The notes under the pieces: generated by a model
Database searches by the model: none
The model's input: the letters and a program-made list of their open reading frames with translations, nothing else
Told to the model about the DNA's origin: nothing
Part shown: positions 63,734 through 64,000 of the stretch, piece by piece
How positions within the stretch are numbered: position 1 is the first letter of the stretch
How the letters are laid out: every line of letters starts with the position of its first letter
Assembly (NCBI GenBank): GCA_951406725.2
Contig: OX597822.1
Location: forward strand, 91,388,001 to 91,452,000
Direction of reading: 5' to 3'
Length of the DNA stretch: 64,000 bases
DNA from: Octopus vulgaris
Lineage: Eukaryota
Position numbers and translations under genes: made by a program

Positions 63734-64000
63734 GGATCTTTTTGGTTTGAATGGCAGTTTTTAACATAATTTCTAGGTAACTAAAAAATGTTAAACTTCG
63801 TATACTGGTAGAATGTGTTTATAAAACATCATTTTCTCTTGGCTTTATTGAGAAAATTCTATAGTTTGTAAGATATTTGTTGTTTTTTTCCTTCAATTTT
63901 TGCAATTTCAACCAATCAATGGCATCTATTGAGTTAAAAACATTCTGTGCCGTATGAATATGTCCCTCATTTAAGAAACAGATTGGGTTTATTTACATTT
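63734..64000. mobile_element. Third foldback MITE copy, cut by window end
   Basis: Matches 57979-58245. Confidence 0.85.

Overview
AT-rich, repeat-dense eukaryotic genomic DNA; the SINE/LINE families suggest an octopod cephalopod (inference). The only host gene I can build is a 15-coding-exon ANKZF1/Vms1 orthologue on the minus strand (CDS 52803 to 22572). All introns are GT-AG with consistent phases, giving 2586 nt or about 861 aa: C2H2 finger, VLRF1 domain with catalytic Gln, ankyrin repeats, coiled coil/VIM and C-terminal treble clef. Candidate 5'UTR exons lie at about 56.8 and 57.45 kb. The rest is mobile-element debris: Gypsy elements, two solo LTRs, a TRIM-like element, RTE and CR1/L2 LINEs, Penelope-like GIY-YIG fragments, hAT/mariner/Tc1 relics, several MITE types, non-autonomous Helitrons and three SINE families. 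I found no demonstrably new system. The best leads are the long foldback elements, the convergent solo-LTR pair in the ANKZF1 5' intron, a PHD finger inside an RTE reverse transcriptase, and an ambiguous ORF at about 16 kb. All coordinates were read by eye.
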